Shown here piece after piece: positions 1 to 11,990 of a stretch of DNA of 64,000 nucleotides. Numbering within the stretch: the stretch's first letter is position 1; every line of letters starts with the position of its first letter. This DNA is from Octopus vulgaris. Lineage: Eukaryota. The notes below the pieces were generated by a model. That model searched no databases. It was not told the origin of the DNA and saw only the letters and a list, made by a program, of their open reading frames with translations. The stretch lies in NCBI GenBank assembly GCA_951406725.2, contig OX597816.1, positions 180,916,001 to 180,980,000 of the forward strand, written 5' to 3'. A program made the translations under genes and the position numbers.

Positions 1-401
1 AAATGAATAATAGCAGCGCCCTGCATGGCCTTTGGTCTGGAACATGTCATGGGTAAAAATATAACATCAACAGCTCTTTGCTATCTAAGATTATTTCATC
101 TTAATTTAAACATCCATCGATATATCTTTTATTGCATAAATTTATAGATCTTCATATTTATGTTAAAAATTTCGATTGTGTCTGCCATTTCAACACACAA
201 ATACAGAATAATATAAACTTTTTTCCGCCTATGCCTCTCTCTTTCTCTCAAACTTTTTAACTTCCTAATTTTTCACGGATTCCACTATTTCTGTCTCATT
301 TTTAGCTTCTTCTTCTTCTTCTCCCCAATCTCTCTCTGTCTATATCCTTCACCATTCGAGTTATTAACTCCCTTGATGTAACACACGAACAAAACAATCA
401 G

Positions 402-3400
402 TCCATCCCCTCCTCACCGTGGCGGGGACGCTGGCAACGGGTAGTGTCAGAGCTATGCCGTCGGGAACTTCGGTTCCTGGTAGGGCCACCCAAGGCGGAT
501 TGGTCTGACACCGAGTGGTATTAGGGCCACAACCCGCAGACGGGGCTCTAGTGAAAATCTTCGGAGTGTCTGCTTCGGCAACTGACAGGTCCCTGCGTCT
601 GTGGACAATCTGCGGCAAACAAGATGTCTCTACATGTGGGATTGTTGGGGACCGCTTGTGAATTCCATATTCCCACGAAACTTCTATGAATTCTCAATGG
701 CACTATTAAATACTATGGCGAATTTTCATTCGACTATTACTACCGCTGCTACTGCTACTTCAAGTACTACACAAATCTACCCAAATCCTGCTATTGCTCT
801 TCCGCTATTTCGGCGTAGAAAGGACCTGAGAGTAGCATCCTGGAACGTCAGAACACTTCGTGACGACGGTGTCCAGGCACTTACGATGAAGGCTCTGCAC
901 AGGTACCGCGTGTCCGTTGCTTGTCTTTCAGAAGTGCGGCTTGCGGACGTCGGCCATCTTCCGATCAAAGTCCCCGGCAAAGAATTCACCTACCATCTGT
1001 ATCACAGTGGTGTGACTGATAACAGTGGCCTCCACGGGGTGGCTATAGCGCTCAGCCCTGACGCGCAAGCGGCTTTGCTAGCGTGGCAGCCAATCTCGCA
1101 CCGACTCGCGCTGGTTCGATTGAAGGGTCAAATCTCCAACGTCAGCGTCATCGCTGTGTATGCTCCCACTCTCAATGCAGACGATGCGGACAAGATGCGG
1201 TTCTACGCAGATCTTCAGGCGGCGGTGGATGTTCCTTCCAGTGATGTTCTCATTGTTGCTGGGGACTGGAACGCTCGGACCGGACCTGCTGACGATACAA
1301 CACGGCGCATTCTGGGACGCTTTGCCCAAGGTGCTCGCTGTGACAATAGCGAACGGCTCGTGTCTTTTGCGGAGGCTAATCGTCTTAACGTCACCAACAC
1401 TCGCTTTCAGCGTCCACGACGTCATCTCAACACGTGACGTTCCAATGATGGGAGGACGGCCAATCAGATCGATCACATCCTGGTCAGATCGCGGTGGGCC
1501 AGCTCGGTGATGGACTCTCGGGAGTTCCGGGGGGGGGGGGGCTGACACGGGCAGTGAGCATGGATCAGACCATTCTCTTGTTCGGGCGACCCTTCGTCTC
1601 AGGCTGCAGGCGAGACCTCCTCCTACGCGTCAAAAGAGAATTGATGTCTCGCGTCTCAAACTCGAGGCTGGGAACCATTTTCGGCTTCAGCTCAGAAACC
1701 GATTCCTAGTGCTTGGCGACGAGTTGGTTCAACAACAGGAGCAGGAATGGAGCGCACTCAAGGTGGCCGGGAAGCATCTTGGGTCCACCAGACGGCGCCA
1801 TCGGGACTGAATCTCCGGCGACACTCTTGAACTCGCTGAGAGGGCGAGAGTGGCTCGACTGGAGGGTGCACCAAATTTTCGAGATCTGCGACGACATGCC
1901 TCGAGGGCCATCCGGGCCGATCGGAATGCACACTGGCGTGCATTCGCAGAGCAGATGGAGGGGGCAGCAGCCTGTGGTGACTCGCGCTAACTCTACCAGC
2001 TGGTGAAGCAGGCTAGCCCAGGCAATACGGGTATCAGTGAGACGATCCGTGATCGGACTGGCGCGGTCATTACGAATCTTAGTGACCGGCTGGATCGATG
2101 GCGGGACCACTTCTCCGAGCTGCTCAACCATTCGCCACCATCTTCACAAACATTCGTGCAGCCAACTGGGGACGACTACGATTGCAGCACTGCCCCTCAA
2201 ACGGTCGAGGAGGTACGTGGTGTCCTGACCCGTCTCCGGAACAACAAAGCATCAGACGAAGATGGTATTCCAGCAGAGGTGTACAAAGCCGAGCCAGATG
2301 TCTTCGCATCCTGGCTCCATTGAGTCTTCCCGGCGGTGTGGACGACGGAGCGTTTCCCTGAGGACTGGAGTGATGCAACTCTCCTGCTGTTCTTCAAAAG
2401 GTGCTCAAACTATAGGGGCATCAGCCTTATCGATGTTGCTGCCAAATCCTTCGCAATTTTTCTGCTGAAGAGGTTCCAGACCGTCCGTGATGTCCGTACA
2501 CGCCCTTCTCAGGGTGACTTCCGTCCGGGAAGAGGGTGGGTCGATCAAATCTTCAACCTCCGGCGTGTTCTGGAACAACGGTGGGTGTACCAGCAGCCTA
2601 CTGTTCTAAGCTTCATCGACTTCGCTGCTGCCTTTGATTCGGTAGATCGGGAGGCCTTGTGGCATATAATGCAGGCGGACGGTATCCCAGAGAAGCTGCT
2701 CCGCCTCATACAAGTCTACTACCGATCGACTCGAGCACGCGTCAGGGTCTATGGTAAGCAGACGGCGCCGTTTGATATTAGGACAGGTGTGCGGCAGGGG
2801 TGCGCGCTGTCGCCAACCCTCTTCAACTACGCCATTGACTACGTTCTCAACACCGCGCTCCGGGACTACCGAGGCGTAGAGGTTGGGAGAGAAGTCGCGG
2901 TGTCGGACCTGGCCTACGCGGACGACATCGTACTGATGGGTGCAAGTAGGGAGGATGTTCAGGTGGCTCTCGAAGGGGTTCAAATGGCAGCAGCCGCGGT
3001 TGGTCTCCGAATCAATGCCGCTAAGTCAAAGGTGATGAGGTCGTTGGTTCCGACTGACATCTGGCAGCCAATATCTCTCACGGGTGAGGACCTGGAGGTG
3101 ATCCCAAACGGTCAGGGTGCAGCTGAGGTCGATCATCGCATCAATGCTGCTCGATCTGCCTTTGGACGCCTAAAGTGGTGTCTGTGGGACCGAAGGGAGA
3201 TCTCATCGGTGACCAAAGAGTGAATATATCAGGCTGTCGTTCGCACAGTACTTCTCTATGGTTAGGAAACGTGGCCTATGCGGGTGGTCGATCAACGAAA
3301 GCTGGAAGTCTTCGACAATGAGTGCCTCCGGTGCATTCTTCGCTACCGTCGGGTGGATGGTGTTCCCACTGCCAATCTCCGACGTCGCCTATCTCTACGG

Positions 3401-3753
3401 ACCCTTCCATCTGTCCTTCTGCAACGGTGCTTGCGGTGGTTTGGCTATGCATGTCCGGTGGGTGAACTGAGCCGCGATGTCCTTCTCCCAACTCCACTTC
3501 CCAACTGGCGGAAACGCGCGGGCGGGTATATGAAGACCTGGGCTGCGACGATCAAGGAGGACCTCTCCGTGCTCACGGGTCCGCAGGTGGTCGGCCTGCA
3601 TCGATGGAATCGTGACTGGCTCGCTATCTCCAGTGAACTGGCGCAGGATGGTCGTGCGTGGGTTGCCATGGTTCGAGATGCCTCAAGGGTGCTAGAAGAA
3701 GCCGACTCAACCCGCCCAGGGTGAATGTCGCCACAAGTACAAGTAAAGTAAGT
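402..3753 (+). mobile_element. Full-length RTE-clade non-LTR retrotransposon (APE + RT), disrupted
   Basis: Identical 11-bp TSD AAAACAATCAG at 391-401 and 3754-3764. Short (A/C)AAGTA-type repeat tail at ~3734-3753. APE and RT motifs present in successive frames. Visibly GC-richer than the flanks. Confidence 0.93.
601..3724 (+). pseudogene. RTE ORF (apurinic endonuclease + reverse transcriptase), split by frameshifts and stops
   Basis: APE motifs SWNVRTL, LSEVR, VYAPT and GDWNA in 601-1437. KASDEDGIPAE in 2003-2323. RT motifs NYRGISL, FIDFAAAFDSV, GVRQGCALSP and AYADD in 2336-3223. C-terminal LRWFG in 3278-3724. Confidence 0.92.
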
Positions 3754-4474
3754 AAAACAATCAGCCAGCAGGAACAGCAATAATAGCAATAATAATGATT
3801 GTTCTATCTCTTCTAAACACATTAGCAGCAACAAGTGTTCAGCACCTCATGTCAGATCTATGAGAGCACTCCCTTTGATACGGATTTTGTTAATATGACC
3901 TTAGCGCCGCTGATCTTCAGTCATGGAAATTTAATAGTCATGATTTGATACAACCTAACATCACCGGGGACCTTCAAAGATGTAAATATATATTTATGCA
4001 AAGTGAACTCTGTCTAGAGATAGTAATAAAATATTTCTGATAAGCAAAAGGTTAGCAAGATAATTGACACATACTGGTGTTAACAAATGTTATATCACAA
4101 CAAAATTTCAAATGATTCACTTATTTGCGATTTAATAGCAGTTAGAACGTTGCTCCACTTAATATTTTCTTTTCAATTTTTTTTCGGGGGGGGGGGGACT
4201 TTTGGGCATAGCTAAAAAAAATTTTTTTTCTAATTATAATTTTAAAGAATGTTACTAATCTGCTCTCTTGATGAAGCTCTTTGGGATTTAGCTCTGGTAT
4301 TCTTACATGTCGTAGCTAACCCAAGTACAGCATGTTTAAGTAAACAGGTATTCATTATATATTAAAATAGCTGCCTTAAAGTCCAATTGTTTTTCCTGCG
4401 TATTCACTATAAAAAAAACAAAACCTTTTTCCTTTTCTAACTTTATCTACAAACTGAATTCAAAATGAATTTTG

Positions 4475-4520
<46 letters not shown>

Positions 4521-4741
4521 GCTCACACACAATAGCAATCATTTGCTTTGTTTTCTCAGCAAGTTTTTCTATCTATTTGTTTTACCCAATTCAAACCCTG
4601 ACCAGTAATCCGTTCATTCTTTCAGTTTTTCTCATCATCAACCATTTAAATGATTTTATGATACAAATTTGCTGGCATTTCTGAAGAACTGCCTTCGAGG
4701 AATGAAACGCATTATGACATGTAACATTGATTATATGTACA

Positions 4742-5066
4742 TATGTATGTATGTATGAATGTATGTATGTATGTATGTATGTATGTATGTATGTATGTAT
4801 GTATGTATGTATGTATGTATGTATGTATGTATGCATGTATGTATGTATGTATGTATGTATGTATGAATGTTTGTATGTATGTATGTATGTATGTATGTAT
4901 GCATGTATGTATGTATGTATGTATGTATGTATGTATGTATGTATGTATGTATGTATGTATGTATGTATGTATGTATGTATGTATGTATGTATGTATGTAT
5001 GTATGTATGTATGAATGTATGTATGTATGTATGTATGTATGTATGTATGTATGTATGTATGTATGT
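4742..5066. repeat. (TATG)n microsatellite
   Basis: Direct tetranucleotide array. Confidence 0.97.
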
Positions 5067-5184
5067 GTACGCAAAAAAATATATATTTAGCCTCGCTCGC
5101 AGAAGGAGAACCTTGTGATGTATCCACTAGGGTATATTTACACAACGCTGCTAAATGTATGCATATAAACAACATACACACTCA

Positions 5185-5237
<53 letters not shown>

Positions 5238-5254
5238 TTCAAAATGTACAAAAA

Positions 5255-5400
5255 AAAAATCAGAAGACAGACACAGGTGAGAGAACAATAAACAAAGCGT
5301 ATTAGTTTGACGTTCAGGAAAAATGGAAAAGTCTTTGACGCTTCGAGCCTAGGCTCTTTGATAGAAGAATGAAGAAAACGGAAAGAGAAAAAAACGTGCC
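5255..5400 (-). mobile_element. Old copy of short HHR-bearing element (family B) with degenerate hammerhead at ~5332-5368
   Basis: Similar to the reverse complement of 59161-59351. Minus strand reads CTATCAA-AGAGC-ctag-GCTC-GAAG-CGTC-aaaga, so the core is mutated. Confidence 0.5.
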
Positions 5401-6016
5401 TGGATTAATTGTTTTACATGTTGAATTGACCAAAAGGATGTGGTTGGATGGAAAGGGAGACAACTGTAACCTGGCTGAAGTGTGTGAGCTAGCGTTGCGC
5501 GTGTGCGCACGCCTGTATATGTGCGTGAGCGCGCGCGTGTATGTAAACGTGTGCGAGTATATATGTATGGGAGTGTGTGAGGCAGTGTGCCGTATGTGTC
5601 TGTGAGATTATCAGATGTATGTGTGTGTATGTGCAAATGCATATGCATAGTAGCAAATGTGTGCATTTATGCTTTGTGCAAGTAGCGTGTGTATTATGTG
5701 TGTTTATGAGTAAATATTGTGTGTGTGTGTGTGTATGTTTATGCTTGTGTCTGTATGTGTGCGTGTCTCTGATATCAGTTGGTGTGTGTATATTGGCTGC
5801 TGGATAGAGTGTGTGGGTATGGAGTTGATATGTGTGTTTGTGCTTGTGAATGTGTTTGTAAAGCAATCCTATGTAGGTGTGTGTGTGTGGTGCGGGTACT
5901 GAGTTTAACGGTGTAGAGAAGGTATGTGAGAGGTGGATGAGGAAGCACAATGGAAGATGGAAGGTGTGTGCTGTGTGCTGTGAGTAAATATATATATATA
6001 TGTATACATACATAAT

Positions 6017-6051
<35 letters not shown>

Positions 6052-6098
6052 GACACACACACACACACACAGACAGCCACACACACATATATATATAT

Positions 6099-6214
6099 GG
6101 CCTGCTCGCTTAGCCAACGGGGTGGCGTCATTTGAAGGTTAAAACAATGCGAAGCGCATTGTGACCAGCGATGTGTAGCAACATCTGATAGTCTAGTCGA
6201 TCACGGTGATCACG

Positions 6215-6217
<3 letters not shown>
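6099..6217 (+). repeat. Short TA-flanked interspersed repeat; inverted-orientation copy at 46298-46414
   Basis: ggcctgctcgcttagcc...acaatgcgaagcgcattgt...tcacggtgatcacggtga matches the reverse complement of 46298-46414. Both copies sit between (TA)n runs. Confidence 0.75.
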
Positions 6218-6278
<61 letters not shown>

Positions 6279-6282
<4 letters not shown>

Positions 6283-6481
6283 TAATCCAAACAAGAAAAC
6301 ACAAAAAAACACAACAACGCGAGGACGTGGAACAAATAAAGTATTATTGGACGCTCAGGAAAGAAGGGAAGAAGGAGGGTTTAACGTTTCGAGCGGAGCT
6401 CTTCGTCGGAAACATAGGAGAAGGAAAGATCCCGAGAAGGGAAGACAGGGGAAAAAAATCACTGGCGGTACTCACGAGGTC
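6279..6481 (-). mobile_element. Short non-coding TA-inserted element (family A) with variant minimal hammerhead at 6379-6413
   Basis: Near-identical to 42598-42802 and flanked by (TA)n. Minus strand reads GTTT-CCGACGA-A-GAGC-tcc-GCTC-GAAA-CGTT-AAAC. Confidence 0.7.
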
Positions 6482-6509
6482 ATATATATATATATATATA
6501 TATATATTA

Positions 6510-6740
6510 CGGACTTTCCTGTCGTTAGACGACACAGATGATTTGTTTATAGGGATCAAATGTTTGTGTAGACATAAGCTCACTCCTTCCATCAAATCAA
6601 CATTACCTGTACAGGTGCAACTAGGTGCCACATGTCAGATAACAAAATGATCGCAGAGCAACGCTAAGTGAAGTGCTTTGCTCAAGAACACAACGCATCG
6701 CCCAGTCTGGGAATCGAACCCACAATCTTGCAATCGTGAA
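6510..6740 (-). mobile_element. tRNA-derived SINE with CORE-like central motif
   Basis: Minus strand has a B-box-like GGTTCGATTCC followed by GTTGTGTTCTTGAGCAAAGCACTT. Related copy at 40495-40740. Confidence 0.65.
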
Positions 6741-9174
6741 TTAATATGCATACATGTATATGAGTATATGTATACATGTATGTATACAACACCCCCATGC
6801 ACATATATGGAGGGAGAGAGAAAGAGAAACAATGGCTAAGTGTCACATCTAGCATCAAATTCACATTTTGAGGACGTCAAATGTTACTTTATGAATGCAT
6901 TTTGCTGTTGTTCTAAGCTTTGAAAAGGGCATATTTTTTCAAGCTGAAGTGTCGGTGTAATTGTATTCAATTTATTATGAAAGAGCTAATTAATATAAAT
7001 CGTAAAAAAAGCAACCTATTTTTTATTTTATTGAACCATAAATAAATAATATATCTAATTAATTAATGACATTTTAGCTATTGCTTTAGCCAGACGACAC
7101 AAGACTCATTATTTCAAGAGTGGAAAGAGGTCGACTGACGGGTTTCCAGTGTAACCCAAGTATTTTTATAGCAATTGCAGACAGAATAAAAGACGTAATA
7201 TACAACGGCGTCATTTGAATTCGGAAGTTAGATGCATGGAACCAGACACTAAATAGTTTTAAAGCCTGGCACTCACTGCTGTAAATTTCGTTAAAATCTT
7301 AAAAACTAAAAGAAATTCAAACATACAAAGTATTCTCTCTGGAATGCTTTAAAGAGACAGAAGTTTAAAAAAATTATTAATTCATAAACTGTTTTAAAAA
7401 GCCGTTGACATCTCTACAAAAAATTGAAAACCGTCTCGGAACCAGATGAACAAAAAAATAATGAAAGTAATTATTTTGCTGCTGTTGTTTAATTGTTTAA
7501 TTGCTGTTACTTAATTGCTTTGAATTTTTGATCAGCTCTACTCAATTAGACCAACACATGTAGGAAGCAGGTACGCCAGTACTCAGAAAGGTTCCATGTT
7601 TTTGATATTGCTGTTGTTATTGCCTTTGTTGTTGTTGTTGTTACTGTGTAACCTCCGGTCAATCGTGCCAAAGAATACTTGTGGTACCCAGACAGTTTAG
7701 CAAACATCTTTGTGCAATCCATGAATCCGACTTACAGACTAATACCTATTCTTCGTATTCTTAAGGACTCTACACGTCTGCGTCGTCAGTGTCGAATTTC
7801 TTATCATTCAACTGGCGTTCGAGCCACCTTACCTTTGCTTTTCAGCTATGAAGTGATCCCGTATTTTAATCAAATATATGATCACGTTCTGTTTTGTTTT
7901 CAAATATACTATTACAGCTTCGACCTCTGAAATATATCTTTAGGTTTATAACTGGATGGGGTTAGTTTAAAGGAGATTGCGGTGTTACTATTTTCAGAAA
8001 GGAACTCACCATGAAAAACCGACCGGAAGTTTTTCTACAATCTTTTAAACCAGTCTAATAAATTTAGATTAGAAACAATCTAATTAATTTCTATTTTGGT
8101 CTGATATTTAAACTACACACTGACATAAGAATCATATATTTAACTAAGTACTCTTTTTGCACAATGCATAAGATCGACGCTTGTGGTTGGAATTGAACCG
8201 TACATGTGATATTTCTATTTATTTTATTGACCATGCAGAGAACGATTTCATAAGTTGATCCGAGGTTGATTTCATTATTAAGTCGTAAGTAATAGGAGAT
8301 TACATAACACTTCTAAGCATCTACGCCGCCATCTAATCCAGACGGTTACATTAGTACCAGCATTACAAATTGTTAGAGAAGGTATGAACTTAGAACGTAA
8401 ACGGTCGAAAATAATTATTAGAAGCTGTAAACCTACTTGCCCTTTAGTGAGAGCAAACGCACACAGAGTCACAAATTGTAGGTAAGTAGGTTCCGTCGAC
8501 CAAATCTACTCAATATATGACAAACATTTATCTTATTGACTATGAGTGGCTAAAATACCAAGTCGCCCCTCGCGAACGAAAACAGCATTTTATCCTATAG
8601 TCGCATCTGGCAAATCAATGTCTTTTAAAATAAGTCATGTATGGATTTATGTTGCATTCATTGAGCACTGGCTTACCTAGCTTGATGTAATACGATGTCT
8701 TTTAAAGTGCCTGTGTAGGCTTTAAAGCCGATATGTTAAATCATTTCTTCGGCAAATGGAAATAAATAACATTAAATAATGATTGAATTGTACAATAGAT
8801 GTCATTCTCTACTGAAAATGACAATCTCTTCTTACAACTATTGTGTATATATAGTGCGTTCGTGCGTACTTGGATTGAAAAATACATATACATATGTATG
8901 TATGTATGAATATATATATATATATATATATATATACAAGAATATTATTGACAGTGAGTTCGAAGTTTCAGCCAGTTAAGCCATCGACGGACTGCGGTAC
9001 ATTGAAGTTAATATTGCTTTATATAGTCTCTGTTGAGCTAAAATCTTACTTGGCCGTGTGGGTTTGAGTGGTAACTAGAGTTTAGGGTGGACTGTTATGG
9101 AGAGGTGCTTTGGAGAGAATTTTATTGATTAAATTTGCGGTTATGTTATTGTTTAGTATTTATTCAATATTAAT

Positions 9175-9385
9175 GATTTCAAATTTTTGTCACAAGGGCA
9201 GCTGGGGGGAGGTATTAGGTCAATTACATCGACCCTAAAGTGTAATTGGTACTTATTTAATCGGCCCCGAAAGGATGAATGGCAAATTCGACCTCGGCGG
9301 AATTTGAACTCAGAACGTAACGACTGGCGAAATACCGCTAAGCATTTCGCCGGCACGCTAACGATTCTGCCTGTTCGCCGCCTTA
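9175..9385 (-). mobile_element. tRNA-derived SINE with Meta-SINE-like domain
   Basis: Minus strand reads AAGGCGGCGAACAGGCAGAATCGTTAGC (A-box-like), GAGTTCAAATTCC (B-box-like), then CATCCTTTCGGGGCCGATTAAATAAGTACC. Several homologues occur in the window. Confidence 0.85.
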
Positions 9386-9881
9386 ATTAATTCAATAATA
9401 ATAACCACCACCTACCAAATAAAAACAGGAAATGCTCTAAATTACAACAACAACAAAGACAGGTAAAGAAACCGACCAGCTAAAACATAATACCTACTTA
9501 TATTCTTTTGTGAACCCCTAAAATATATCATTACAACAAAAAAATGTTGACACACCCAGTTACTAAGTCTTTAAATATTGGACTTTGCACCTATTAACTC
9601 ACATTTAACATAAAACATGTTTTATTATACTAGTATTGACAGGGGTATATTTTACACAAAATTATTACAAGTAATATAATTTCTATAATATATATTTAGA
9701 TATAGTATAAGATTTGATGTGTTTCTAATTCAATCGTTAATAATTTCCTCAGGTAGAGCATTTTCAATATATATCTTTAGTTATTTAATTGTACTTTAGG
9801 CATTTAATATTTTAAAATATATTTGTAATTTTTATTTTTAATATAATTTTTAACTTTTAGCCGTACATAATAATAACATAT

Positions 9882-9965
9882 ATGGCCTGAAGACGCACTG
9901 GTGGATTTATGTATTAAGTATAGCCTTAATACATACCCCAACAGCGCAGAAATACATGTAGCGAT
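9882..9965 (+). ncRNA. Degenerate minimal type-I hammerhead ribozyme motif
   Basis: ATGGC-CTGAAGA-cgcactg...cagcgca-GAAA-TACATGTA-GCGAT. Stems I and II carry mismatches. Internal hairpin tatgtattaag/cttaatacata. Confidence 0.55.
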
Positions 9966-10254
9966 TACTTGTACTAACTTCTTTCCCCACAGATCAATAA
10001 CAGGTAAGATATATTTATTTAACTAATTTTATTTTATGTTATTTTAATTATTTTATCTGATTTAATTTTCTCTGCGTATACCATACCATGAGGTCATCCT
10101 GAAATAGAAGTTGTTTATCTATTGGTAAATATCCCAAATTTGCAATAATAAATAAATATATATATGTATATATAGTAAATAAATAAATAAGTTAATATAG
10201 TGTCTAAAAGTTGATGAACCACCTATTGATCCCCTCCATTTACTTATTGCTATA

Positions 10255-10295
<41 letters not shown>

Positions 10296-10418
10296 ATATA
10301 TGTATATTAATAATTTTGTTATATATTTAAATAATATAAATTAAATAATCTTATGTATTGGCTTAAGTTTTTCATTGTATGATTTGCCTAATAGTGGTTT
10401 TATCTCTAATTTAATATA

Positions 10419-10487
<69 letters not shown>

Positions 10488-10488
<1 letters not shown>

Positions 10489-10590
10489 CGGGAAGCTTTA
10501 TGAAAATAGACAAAAGACGAAGGCAGGTGGAAAACAAACAAACAATTGTATTAGTATGGCGCTCAGGAAATATAAATAAAACAAGTCAGG
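10488..10590 (-). mobile_element. Truncated copy of TA-inserted family B element (no HHR retained)
   Basis: Reverse complement matches ~59252-59351. Sits between two (TA)n runs. Confidence 0.7.
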
Positions 10591-10600
10591 AAATATAAAT

Positions 10601-10645
<45 letters not shown>

Positions 10646-11956
10646 TACATCATATATATATATATCGTTGAATAAGGGCTGCGAGCTATTCACAATTATA
10701 AAAGCCTGGCTACCTAACAGCTGCCTATAGTTACAGGCTGAAAAGACGAAAGAGCAACTCGATGGAACCATAAATTATACCAGAATATTAAACTATTTTT
10801 TATGTGTTTGCACGAAATAACACTTAATTTTCAGCTTCCTTTCATGTCTATCTCACGGACAATAACCAGAGCTCTGAAATCTATTAATATTTTATTGAGC
10901 TTTAAATGTGCTCTTGACTAGCAAGTATGTGTGCATAACATTATATATACATACATACATACATACATTCATACATATGTAAATAACTCTCGATATATAT
11001 ATATACCCCTTATATACATATATATGTACATATTAATATATTTTTTATATACAGACATGCATTCACATGCACCCGCGCACACATAACACAGACTCGCACA
11101 ACTCTCTATGGATGGACGTGTGCATTGTATGTATCTGATATTTGCTTTAGTCCCAGCATTCATATTATTTAGTATATCTGTCTCGATATATAATCAAGAT
11201 AGGTAATGTCCTTCATTTAGAATTTAATTATACAAAATTGTGAACATAAAAGACAAAACGAAACATTGTGATAGCTTGAAACAGAGCTAATCATAGCTCA
11301 ATAGTTGTAACATATTTTGAATTTTCTGTATATCGATGGCAACTCAAAAACTGCTTCAGCTTCCCAAAATTATTCCTATAACCGTCCAATATTACTTTTT
11401 AACAGCAGCTCCTCTAATCTGGGATTTTGACATTTGTCTTCAAATGAAGCAGTTTCTTATTCTAAACGGGATGTTACTCCCTTAATTTTGTAATATTTTC
11501 TAGACTAGGCACAACCACAAGCGATGTTTTTTATTGATCATCGCCCATGATGTATTTTAGAACCCCTACTTACATGTACTATACCGAGGAGTCTGAATAA
11601 GAATGTAGGAATATTGAGGATATTGCCTATAAGAACCCAATATTTTGCCTTGAGGAATGTAGGTAGCATATAAGACCGTATAGTCGGATGTTTATATCCC
11701 TTCTAAATTCACTCCTCTTACGTAGGGAAACATTCTGGATAGAGTGAGGAAAATTGAAGGTTACATTGTTGCAGGTTGGTAGCGAGAGGAAACAAACAGC
11801 GACGTAAAGTCTGGGATGTGAGGCATAATGGAAAGAGTCAGGTATGGTGGCTTAACCATCTATCTATTTATCTACCCATCTATCGGTGACTTTAGTGATC
11901 ATTATTATGTATATACATATGTATATAAATGCATGCATATATGCATACATACAGAT

Positions 11957-11990
<34 letters not shown>

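Noticed and set aside
8950-9000. Minus-strand CCGTCGA-TGGC...GCT-GAAAC next to a TA run
   Set aside because: Too many core and stem mismatches to call.
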